Positions 19,709-28,122 of a stretch of DNA of 64,000 nt are shown here, one piece after another. The notes under the pieces were generated by a model, which did no database searches, was not told where the DNA came from, and saw only the letters and a program-made list of their open reading frames with translations. Both the position numbers and the translations under genes were made by a program. This DNA comes from an uncultured Acidobacteriota bacterium (GTDB taxonomy: Bacteria; Acidobacteriota; UBA6911; RPQK01; JAPXNP01), in NCBI GenBank assembly GCA_963777605.1, contig CAVZRV010000011.1, forward strand, positions 64,001 through 128,000. The letters run 5' to 3'. Numbering within the stretch: the first letter of the stretch is position 1; each line of letters begins with the position of its first letter.

Positions 19709-20772
19709 ATTCCACGATGAAAGTGAACCGGTGCCCCCAAACCTGTTGTGCAGTGGTTGCATGCCTCGCCTTGCTGCCCTTCCTGGCCGGCTGCTCGTCC
19801 GGCCGGTCTGCTCCCCAGGCCTGGGTCCCTTCCGCAGCCAGGATCGTCTGGCCAAATCCGCCGGCCCGTGCCCGAATTGAGTACGTAGGGGCCTTGCGGG
19901 CCGGGTTCCCGGGAAAGAAAGAGTCTTTCACCAGGAAAATCGGTCACCTGTTCGTCGGTCGTAGAGAGAAATTGATGATCCGCCCGGCCGCGGTAGGGGG
20001 TAACAGGGCAGGCCTGATCGCCGTCGCGGACCCGGGTGTTCCCACCGTACACATCTACGACTTCCCCGCTTCCCGGTACACTCAACCCAGTGAAGAGACG
20101 GTGAGCAGGCTCCGGTGCCCGGTCGGAATCGCAGTGGCATCCGATGGGCGCATCTTCGTCGCGGACTCCCAGCAGGAGCGGATCTTTGTCCTCGGACCAG
20201 CTGGCGACCTCCTGAACGAATGGGGATCCGGCGTTCTGAAGAGACCCACCGGGCTGGCCCTGGACGCTTCCGGAGATCGTCTCTTCGTCGTGGATGCGAT
20301 CCTCAACCAAGTCCTCTCCTTCGACCAAAATGGCCGGTTGACGAACCGGTTTGGGGAACGCGGCCTCAGGCCGGGGCAGTTCAACTATCCGATTCACGCC
20401 GCACTGACCCCAGACGGCCGGCTTTGCCTGACGGATTCGATGAACTTCCGGGTCCAGGTATTCTCACTCGAAGGAGAGCCCCAGCTTGCCTTTGGCTCGG
20501 CAGGCGACAGTGCAGGCGACTTCACCAGGCCGAAGGGCATCGGGACCGACTCGCGCGGCCGCTACTACGTGGTTGACGGGGCCTTCGAAAATGTCCAGAT
20601 CTTCGACCCTCAAGGGCGATTGCTGCTCGCCTTCGGCAACCCCGGGACGGGACCCGGAGAACTCTCGTTGCCCACCGGGATCTACCTGGGGCCCGACAAC
20701 CGGATCTACGTCGCCGATTCCTTCAACAGCCGCATCCAGGTATTTCAACTTCTGGAGGGTGAAGATTCATGA
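19705..20772 (+). CDS. NHL-repeat beta-propeller lipoprotein
   Basis: Lipobox LAGC; IVWPNPPARARIEYV; NHL repeats (PTGIYLGPDNRIYVADSFNSRIQVF). Confidence 0.9.
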   Translation: MNSTMKVNRCPQTCCAVVACLALLPFLAGCSSGRSAPQAWVPSAARIVWPNPPARARIEYVGALRAGFPGKKESFTRKIGHLFVGRREKLMIRPAAVGGNRAGLIAVADPGVPTVHIYDFPASRYTQPSEETVSRLRCPVGIAVASDGRIFVADSQQERIFVLGPAGDLLNEWGSGVLKRPTGLALDASGDRLFVVDAILNQVLSFDQNGRLTNRFGERGLRPGQFNYPIHAALTPDGRLCLTDSMNFRVQVFSLEGEPQLAFGSAGDSAGDFTRPKGIGTDSRGRYYVVDGAFENVQIFDPQGRLLLAFGNPGTGPGELSLPTGIYLGPDNRIYVADSFNSRIQVFQLLEGEDS

Positions 20773-22388
20773 AGCAGCCCCTCCGGTTCCTCACCTGGAT
20801 CGCGGTTGGAACGCTCGTATTCGGTGGCCCCGGCCTGGCCCAGGGAATCACGGAGACCAAGCACAACCTCTCGGTCAAGGGACTCGACTCCGAGAACCGG
20901 ATTTGCGTCTTCTGTCACGTGCCGCACAATGCCAGTCCGGTGGCGCCACTCTGGAACCGGGAGCAGCCGGCTGCTACCTACCAGACCTACTCCAGCACGA
21001 CGGAGGATGCTGTTGTGGGACAGCCCAACGGAAGCTCCAAGCTCTGCCTCAGCTGTCATGACGGGACCGTCGCCATGGGCCAGGTGTTCAACCCGGACTC
21101 CAGAATCAGCCGTGGCACGACCCTGTCGGGAAGGGCAAACCTGACCACCGGCCTCGCGGACGATCACCCGATCTCATTTCGATATGACTCGCGCCTGGCC
21201 TCACAGGACCCAGACCTGCTCCACCCCTCTCTTTTGACCGGGGAGCGGGTTCAGCTCGATACTTCGGGCCGGATGCAGTGCACCAGTTGTCACGATCCCC
21301 ACGGGAGCCGCTACCCCCAGTTCCTCGTCGTCACCAACCGGGGTTCCGACCTCTGCATCACCTGCCACCGAAAGCCATACTGGAGCAACTCGTCACACGC
21401 GACCTCGGGCCGGGAATGGGGCATGTCTGGAATCGACCCGTGGCCCCATACAGACTTCACGTCGGTTTCAGCGAATGCCTGCGAGAACTGCCACACCCCG
21501 CACGGAGCGGGGACCGCCTCCCGCCTGCACACCTACTCGGCCGAGGAGGACGGCTGTTTCGTGTGCCACGACGGAAGCGTGGCGATCAAGGATGTCCAGG
21601 CGGATTTCTCACTGCCCTTCCGGCACCCGGTCGCGGACCATGCAGGGGTCCACGATCCACGCGAAGACCCTCGTGTCATGGGCAGGCATGTCGAATGCGC
21701 CGATTGCCACAACCCGCATGCCGTAATCCACGCCGATCCGGTGCGGGACGTTCCGGGAGTCTCCATCGACGGGACCGACCTATCTCAAGCCTCGTCCTTG
21801 TACGAGGTTTGTTTCCGCTGCCATGCGGACGGGCCGAATGTTCCCGCGCCGTCGATCGCCCGGCAGATCCTGCAGAACAACGTCAGGCTCAAATTCACGC
21901 TGGGTAACCCCTCTTACCACCCGGTCGCAGGTCCGGGCCTGAACCCCGACGTACCGAGTCTCCGTCCTCCTTTGACCGAGTCCTCGGTGATTGGTTGTGA
22001 GCGCTGTCATCGTACCCACGGTTCGGCCGAATTCGCCCTGCTCAACAACGACTACCGGACGGCGGACGGAACCGCGGAAAACTACCAGGCCTACTCGCTC
22101 TGCTACCAGTGCCACGACCGCTCCAGCATCCTCGCGGACCAATCCTTTCCAAGACACAATCTTCACGTCGATGGCGAGAGGGCACCCTGCTCGGCCTGCC
22201 ACGATCCCCACGGGATCAGTTCCACGCAGGGCAACAGCACCAACAACTCACACCTGATCAACTTCGATGTTTCGATCGTCCAGGCGGTCCCGGAAACGGG
22301 CAGGCTCGAATTGGTGGACCTGGGAACCGGCCAGGGAAGCTGCTACCTCTTGTGTCACGGCGTCCTGCACGACCCGATGTCGTACTGA
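20769..22388 (+). CDS. 12-heme cytochrome c with an N-terminal OmcE-like tetraheme domain
   Basis: 11 CxxCH plus terminal CYLLCH; signal peptide; N-terminal ~200 aa is paralogous to 14797-15429 (TKHNLS, ICVFCHVPH, PLWN, SKLCLSCHDG, DDHPISF). Confidence 0.92.
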   Translation: MKQPLRFLTWIAVGTLVFGGPGLAQGITETKHNLSVKGLDSENRICVFCHVPHNASPVAPLWNREQPAATYQTYSSTTEDAVVGQPNGSSKLCLSCHDGTVAMGQVFNPDSRISRGTTLSGRANLTTGLADDHPISFRYDSRLASQDPDLLHPSLLTGERVQLDTSGRMQCTSCHDPHGSRYPQFLVVTNRGSDLCITCHRKPYWSNSSHATSGREWGMSGIDPWPHTDFTSVSANACENCHTPHGAGTASRLHTYSAEEDGCFVCHDGSVAIKDVQADFSLPFRHPVADHAGVHDPREDPRVMGRHVECADCHNPHAVIHADPVRDVPGVSIDGTDLSQASSLYEVCFRCHADGPNVPAPSIARQILQNNVRLKFTLGNPSYHPVAGPGLNPDVPSLRPPLTESSVIGCERCHRTHGSAEFALLNNDYRTADGTAENYQAYSLCYQCHDRSSILADQSFPRHNLHVDGERAPCSACHDPHGISSTQGNSTNNSHLINFDVSIVQAVPETGRLELVDLGTGQGSCYLLCHGVLHDPMSY

Positions 22389-22515
22389 GTAGCCGGCAAC
22401 AGCTCGCACTTCGTGCTTTGGTTTGGTCTTTCGACATCGGAATTCGGCTTCGCGTTCGACGTATCGCGGCTCCACGCTCTACGTTCCACATTCCGGGATC
22501 CGTTTCGGCCGAATT

Positions 22516-23421
22516 TCAGGAGTGCTTGAGAAAGGTTCCCTGGCGGTACTCTTCGAAGGCTTCCCGAAGCTCCTCGCGGGTATTCATCACGATCGGCCCG
22601 TACCAGGCCACCGGCTCGCGCAGCGGTTTTCCCGAAACGAGCAGGAAACGGACCCCCTTGTCACCCGCAGTGACGACGACTTCGTCGCCCGAGTCGAAGA
22701 GTACCAGGGAACGGTTGTCCACCTCAGCCGCCGGGGAAACGTCGCTCCAGCCCATGCCTTCGGTCGGAACCGCGAGCGGCTCCGAGGCATTGCAGAACTT
22801 CCCCGAACCCTCGAAGACGTAGGCAAAACCCTGCCGCCAGGTCTCAACCGGAATACTTCTCTTTACGCCCGGCGGAACCCGGACGTCGATGTAGGTCGGC
22901 CGTGCCGCGATTCCGTCCACCGGCCCCGAAACTCCCCAGATTTCTCCGCAAATCACGCGGACCGCAGTCCCGTCATCCTCGACAGCTTCGGGGATACTGG
23001 CAGCGGCAATTTCCTGATAGCGGGGATGGGTCATCTTTAGGGAGGAAGGAAGATTGGCCCAGAGCTGAAATCCGTGCATCCGTCCCTGTCCGTCTCCGCG
23101 CGGCATTTCCTGGTGAATGATGCCGCTTCCGGCCGTCATCCACTGGACGTCACCCGGTCCGATGGTTCCCTGGTTTCCCATGCTGTCTCCATGGTCCACG
23201 TTTCCAGCCAGGACGTAGGTGATCGTCTCGATTCCCCGGTGGGGATGCCACGGGAAGCCCCCCGCGTAGTCTTCGGGCTTCTCGTTTCGAAAATCATCGA
23301 GAAGAAGGAACGGGTCGAAATCTTCAGTGTCACCAAATCCAAATGCCCGTCTCAGGCGCACTCCGGCGCCCTCAATGGTTGGCTTGGCCTTGGCGATTCG
23401 CCGAACGGGCCGAATAGACAT
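22516..23421 (-). CDS. Pirin-family protein
   Basis: DPFLLLD, GFPWHPHRGIETITY, WMTAGSGIIHQE, GPIVMN. Confidence 0.95.
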   Translation of the reverse strand: MSIRPVRRIAKAKPTIEGAGVRLRRAFGFGDTEDFDPFLLLDDFRNEKPEDYAGGFPWHPHRGIETITYVLAGNVDHGDSMGNQGTIGPGDVQWMTAGSGIIHQEMPRGDGQGRMHGFQLWANLPSSLKMTHPRYQEIAAASIPEAVEDDGTAVRVICGEIWGVSGPVDGIAARPTYIDVRVPPGVKRSIPVETWRQGFAYVFEGSGKFCNASEPLAVPTEGMGWSDVSPAAEVDNRSLVLFDSGDEVVVTAGDKGVRFLLVSGKPLREPVAWYGPIVMNTREELREAFEEYRQGTFLKHS

Positions 23422-23532
23422 AACGCGCCTTTCGAATGCTGATTGATGCGAAAAGACGGGCGCAAAATGCAAGCACCGCCGAGGGCATTATAACCCTCCG
23501 GCGGTGCCTGGTTAGAAACGGGTCAGGTTGGA

Positions 23533-24081
23533 TTAGCTCGCGGGAACGGGATGCTTGATCTTCGCCCATGCTTCCGCGTAGTTGAATTTCTTGTAAGTCG
23601 GGCTCTCGGGATTGTGGCATGTGACGCAGAACTTCTCACCATCCTCGTGGAGCAGGAGCCCATTCTCAAGAGCCAGTTTCTTGTCCTTCATGATCTTCAT
23701 GTTCTTGTAGGCGGAACCCGGACCGTGGCAGGATTCGCACTGGACACCATCTTCTTGCGAATAACGCTTTCCGATCAGGGAAGCATCAACGTTGAAGGCC
23801 GGAGCATGGCACTTCAAGCAGGCAGCCGCCTTCTCGGGCGCTCCCACTCCCTTTTCGGTCGCGATCGCCTTGGCCTTGTCGGTCAGGAGAGTCTTGTAGG
23901 CCTGGGCGTGAGAGCTCGCCTGCCAGATCTTCAACTGCTCACCCTGCTTCGCCGACTTATGGCACATCCCACAAACGGCGGTACCTTCATAGGAGTACTT
24001 TCCCTGGGCCGCCACGTTCCAGAAACAGAAGATGGACAGGACGGCAAAATTCAGCAACTTTAAACTCGTTCTCGTGCTCAC
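23533..24081 (-). CDS. Cytochrome c554-family tetraheme cytochrome
   Basis: GGAGG RBS plus GTG; signal peptide; CGMCH, CLKCH, GVQCESCHGPGS, CVTCH; Lys-rich. Confidence 0.9.
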   Translation of the reverse strand: MSTRTSLKLLNFAVLSIFCFWNVAAQGKYSYEGTAVCGMCHKSAKQGEQLKIWQASSHAQAYKTLLTDKAKAIATEKGVGAPEKAAACLKCHAPAFNVDASLIGKRYSQEDGVQCESCHGPGSAYKNMKIMKDKKLALENGLLLHEDGEKFCVTCHNPESPTYKKFNYAEAWAKIKHPVPAS

Positions 24082-24249
24082 TTCAGGTCCTCCAATCAAA
24101 TCGAAAAAAACCGGATAAAAACGAGCGCCTGACGAAGCATAAATATCTTACAGGCGCTTCGATCGAGTCAAGAAACTATTCTCCATCCTGCTTGCTGCGC
24201 GCGAACCGGCTCAGATGGTCAATTCGTCCGACCGCAAACCCTGTAACTT

Positions 24250-24552
24250 TCAGGGGATCGGGTGAATCCGAATTCGACGGTATTCCATCTGACCGCCATC
24301 TCCCTCGAGGCCGATTGGTCCTCTATCCGGAACAGCGAGGGCGGACTCGACGACTTCACCGTTGCAGGCACAGCGTGCCGTAGTCCCATTGACTGTGATG
24401 ACAAGTTCATTCCAAAGTTGCGACTGATACCGCTTAAGCTCCTTGTAAGGCCCGGCCAGGGGATAATCTCGACACTGAAGCTGCACGCCGCAAATGAACA
24501 CCCCGCTGTCCGCATTCGGAGTGGCCCGGAATTCGAGTTTCAGGTCAGCGGG
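24250..24552 (-). pseudogene. C-terminal remnant of a DUF1080 (3-keto-disaccharide hydrolase-like) gene
   Basis: LKLEFR..NADSGVF...WNELVITV...GPIGLEGD..MEYRRIRI; the N-terminal part is replaced by repeat DNA. Confidence 0.7.
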
Positions 24553-24553
24553 G

Positions 24554-24591
24554 CCCCCGGCGGCGCCGGACCATTCAAAGAGTGAAACTGG
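24554..24591. repeat. 38-bp dispersed structured repeat, copy 1
   Basis: CCCCCGGCGGCGCCGGACCATTCAAAGAGTGAAACTGG; 36/38 identical to 35676-35713. Confidence 0.85.
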
Positions 24592-24608
24592 TGAAGCATC
24601 GCCAGATG

Positions 24609-25022
24609 AGCGCGCCAACGGCGCAGGGTCATTTCCAGCCCGGCGGCAACGCCCCGGGAATCGGAGCCAAGACGGCAATGCAGCACTGAAAGTGCGATTC
24701 AGTCCCGGCGGCGGACGGTTTCAGAAAAACCCGGAAATCAAGAATCCTGGATTGAGAAGGTTCACTTCCGCCGGGCAAGCTGCCCGGCCGCCATATCAGG
24801 CAGGGCTGCCTGGATTACTTTCCCTCCAGAAACGAGAAACCAGGAACCAGGAACTCATCTCGATTGAAGTTTCAGGTCCCGGCAAGGCGATCGCGGCCTG
24901 TAAGGTCGCGCCGATTCTTCACGACCGGAGAGCTGTGCCGCCCTTTCAGGCTGGATTCTTGATGGGTGGACCGTGCACCGAGGCAAATGCCTGGGCTGGA
25001 AACAGGCCCCCTTCAGGGGCCG
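24609..25022. repeat. REP/REPIN-like palindromic element
   Basis: Small palindromes GCGCCAACGGCGC, CCCGGCGGCAACGCCCCGGG, GCACTGAAAGTGC, GGCCCCCTTCAGGGGCC; outer inverted match TTTCCAGCCC (24632-24641) / GGGCTGGAAA (24993-25002); style recalled for repeats associated with IS200-like/RAYT transposases. Confidence 0.55.
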
Positions 25023-25159
25023 GCCCGGCGCCGATCCCGTGATCATCACTCATCCACGTCTGGCATCGGACCAGGAACCAGGATCCAGCCGATAATCACG
25101 TCCCTGGCTCTCCACCGATCGCCCTAATTCCCATCCAAACGCGTCCAAATCGTCCAGGT

Positions 25160-25191
25160 TCTTCAACTCATCCCATCTTCAACTCATCCCA
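25160..25191. repeat. 16-bp tandem duplication
   Basis: TCTTCAACTCATCCCA x2. Confidence 0.85.
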
Positions 25192-25200
25192 AATGAAGTT

Positions 25201-25659
25201 TCAGGTCAACTTGTTCTGAGAGCCGAGACGGCTGTCCAGCCAGCGGACCAGCTCTCCCCTCGGAAGGGCACCCGCAAGCTGATCAATCAGGCGTCCATCG
25301 TGAAACAGTACCAGCGTGGGAATAGATCGAATTCCAAACTGGTTCGCAAGGCCCGGTTCTTCTTCCGTGTTCACTTTGGCAATCTTGAGTCTGCCCACCC
25401 GTTCCCGTGCCAATTCCTCGAGGACCGGGGCAATCGTTCGACAAGGCCCACACCAGGCCGCCCAGAAATCGACGAGGACACTCCCCGGCCACTTCTCAAC
25501 CTCTTTCACGAAGTTTGCACCGGTAACACGGACCGGTTCTCCTACGAGTTGCAGAGGGGCCTTGCAGCGGCCACAGGTCGGCTGAAGAGAGGATCCGACC
25601 AATCGGACACGATTAATAGCTCCGCAGGAGGCGCAACGAATCAACAGTGGTTCGACCAT
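25201..25659 (-). CDS. trxC: Thioredoxin 2 with an N-terminal zinc-binding domain
   Basis: CASC...CGRC zinc motifs plus WCGPC active site. Confidence 0.92.
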   Translation of the reverse strand: MVEPLLIRCASCGAINRVRLVGSSLQPTCGRCKAPLQLVGEPVRVTGANFVKEVEKWPGSVLVDFWAAWCGPCRTIAPVLEELARERVGRLKIAKVNTEEEPGLANQFGIRSIPTLVLFHDGRLIDQLAGALPRGELVRWLDSRLGSQNKLT

Positions 25660-25811
25660 AGTGAATTTCTCCTTCCCCAGATTACCCGAGGGACGAGACA
25701 ATTGCGATTTCCGATCAGAGATTCTTGGGGCGCGATTTGTCACCCGTCGCCTGCTCCTTGCCAAAGTTGTCTTCAGGGACCTAAGATGGGCTCAATCCAT
25801 CTTGAGGTTTC

Positions 25812-26611
25812 ATGGACATTCAAGCCAGTCCCTTCGATCGTGCCTGTCTCGATGGCCAGGTCATATTGATTACGGGAGGGTGCGGGGCCCTCGGCCGGGC
25901 CGTCGTCGAGCAGCTTGCCGGGCACGGAGCCCGGGTCGTCGTCAACGACCTTCTCACCGAGCCGGACGCTGCTCCGCTCCTGCCCAAGTCCGAAAAGGTG
26001 GTCTACCTGCGGGCCGACGTGACCCGGGAAGCTGATGTCATCGCCCTGTTCGACCGTTCGGCGGCCCGATTCGAACGGATCACCACGGTTCTCTGTCACG
26101 CCGGTGTCTCGACTTCGGCCCCTTTTCCGGAGTACTCCCTGGAAGCCTGGCGGCGACTCCTGGACATTAACCTGACCGGAGCGTTCCTGGTTTCACGAGA
26201 GGCGGTTCGCCACATGCGACCGTGGTCGAGCCGCGAAAGCCCGGGCCGGATCGTCTTCACTTCATCCTGGGTTGAGAACGTGCCCTGGCCGGAAATCTCG
26301 GCCTACAGCGCGAGCAAAGCAGGCCTCCGGATGCTGATGCGCTCGGCGGCAAGGGAGGCTGCCCGGCACCACATTCTCTGCAACGGAATCGCTCCCGGAA
26401 TCGTGGCGGCCGGGAATGGCGTTGCGGCAGTGGGAGAACGAGCCGTCTTTCCGGACTCGCGCCCAGCGGGCGATTCCACTGGGATATCTCCAGGATCCGA
26501 GAAGCGTGGCTCAGGCGATTCGTCTTCCTCTGCTCGGACGCCGCGAGATACATGACCGGGGCGACGCTGCTCGTCGATGGAGGGTGCAGCCTCTATCCAA
26601 TGGACGAATAG
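25812..26611 (+). CDS. Short-chain dehydrogenase/reductase with two apparent +1 frameshifts
   Basis: TGGCGALG, YSASK; frame changes near 26412 and 26518 restore ...AGMALRQWENE...AFVFLCSDAARYMTGATLLVDGG; span 800 = 798+2. Confidence 0.85.
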
Positions 26612-26662
26612 TGTGCCTGGAAGGCTGGACAGCCCGCTGACCGGCTGGTAATTTGAGCCATC

Positions 26663-27559
26663 ATGATCAAGATCAGAATTGGATTCTTACTCGCAGTCTC
26701 TGTTTTTCTCCTGTCAATTGGAACCGGTGTTGGCCAGGACAGCTCCGGCAAACTCCACATCATCGTGTTCGGCGCCCATCCCGACGATCCCGAGAAAGTG
26801 GGCGGGACCATGGCCAAGTTCATCGAGCAGGGCCACAAGGTCCGACTCGTGTCGATGACCAACGGAAACGCCGGACACTTCAAAGAAGGTGGCGGTCCCC
26901 TGGCCCAGCGGCGCTACAAGGAAACCCAGTGCTCAGGCGGCGCAATCGGAGCCGAGTACATCGTCCTCGACAACGACGACGGCAAGCTCATGCCGACCCT
27001 GGAAAACCGGGAAAAGGTGATCAAGCTGATTCGCGAATTCGATGCCGACATCGTAATCAGCCCCCGGCCCAACGATTACCACCCCGACCACCGCAACACC
27101 GGTCTTCTGGTCCGCGATGCGGCCTACATGGTCACCGTTCCGAACATTGTTCCCCTGGTTCCGCACCTGCGCAAAAACCCGGTCTTCATGTACATGTCCG
27201 ACCGCTTCACCGAGCCCTCTCCCTTCGAGCCGGACATCGTCGTGGCGATCGACGACGTGATCGAGAAGAAGATCGACATGTATCACTGCCACACCTCGCA
27301 GATGTACGAGTGGCTGCCCTACAACCGGGCCAGACTGGAAGACGTGCCCACAGATCTCTCCAAGCGGCGTGAATGGATGGCCACAACGCGCGGCTTCCGA
27401 TCCTCCCGCCCGGGAGACCAGTACCGGGAGCTTCTCGTGAAATTGTATGGTCCCGAGAAGGGCAACCAGGTCAAGCAGGCTGAGGCTTTCGAGGTATCTG
27501 AGTACGGTTCCCAACCGTCGCTGGAAGAACTGAAGAAGCTCTTTCCCTTCTTCGACTAG
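26663..27559 (+). CDS. Secreted PIG-L/LmbE-family deacetylase
   Basis: Signal peptide; GAHPDD and YHPDH motifs. Confidence 0.92.
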   Translation: MIKIRIGFLLAVSVFLLSIGTGVGQDSSGKLHIIVFGAHPDDPEKVGGTMAKFIEQGHKVRLVSMTNGNAGHFKEGGGPLAQRRYKETQCSGGAIGAEYIVLDNDDGKLMPTLENREKVIKLIREFDADIVISPRPNDYHPDHRNTGLLVRDAAYMVTVPNIVPLVPHLRKNPVFMYMSDRFTEPSPFEPDIVVAIDDVIEKKIDMYHCHTSQMYEWLPYNRARLEDVPTDLSKRREWMATTRGFRSSRPGDQYRELLVKLYGPEKGNQVKQAEAFEVSEYGSQPSLEELKKLFPFFD

Positions 27560-27599
27560 AAAGGGGTCGGGAAAGAATCGACGTCCGTCAGACGCGAAA

Positions 27600-27630
27600 G
27601 GAGCGGCGGCGGCTGAGCCGCCGCCGCTCC
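27600..27630. terminator. Perfect 14-bp GC hairpin (terminator or mRNA-stabilising element)
   Basis: GGAGCGGCGGCGGC-TGA-GCCGCCGCCGCTCC; no U-tract on the + strand. Confidence 0.5.
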
Positions 27631-27644
27631 ACCCTGGAGGCATT

Positions 27645-28118
27645 ATGATTGAGCGAATCGAATTCCATCTTAACGGAGAGGATAAATCGCTGTCGGTTGA
27701 CCCGAACCGTCGCCTGCTCTGGGTGCTTCGTTCAGATCTCTCGCTAACCGGCAGCAAATATGGTTGCGGCAAAGGCCAATGCGGAGCCTGTACCGTACTC
27801 TTGGACAACCGGGCAGTCCGCTCCTGCCTGATTCCCATGCGCTCGGTCGCGGGGAAAGAGGTGGTGACGATTGAGGGCCTGGAAAAGAACGGCAAACTCC
27901 ATCCCGTTCAGCAGGCGTTCGTAGACCACGATGCACTCCAGTGCGGCATCTGTATCCCAGGGATGATCATGAACGCTTATGGTCTCCTGCTCAAGAACCC
28001 CGAACCGTCCGGGGAGGAGATTGTACGGGCCATGGAGGGCAACCTGTGTCGGTGTGGCACCTACAAGCGCATCCTCGCCGCCGTGGAGGATGCCTCGAAG
28101 AACCTGAGAGGAGCGTAG
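27645..28118 (+). CDS. (2Fe-2S)-binding subunit of a xanthine-oxidase-family oxidoreductase (IorA/CoxS-like)
   Basis: GCGKGQCGACTV, QCGIC, GNLCRCG. Confidence 0.95.
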   Translation: MIERIEFHLNGEDKSLSVDPNRRLLWVLRSDLSLTGSKYGCGKGQCGACTVLLDNRAVRSCLIPMRSVAGKEVVTIEGLEKNGKLHPVQQAFVDHDALQCGICIPGMIMNAYGLLLKNPEPSGEEIVRAMEGNLCRCGTYKRILAAVEDASKNLRGA

Positions 28119-28122
28119 GATC

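Noticed and set aside
22389-22515. Degenerate 7-nt periodic tract (CTCCACG CTCTACG TTCCACA)
   Set aside because: Too short and degenerate to assign a function.
23533-24081. Nitrification (hao-cycA) pathway
   Set aside because: No HAO or cM552 gene nearby; c554-like domains are widespread.
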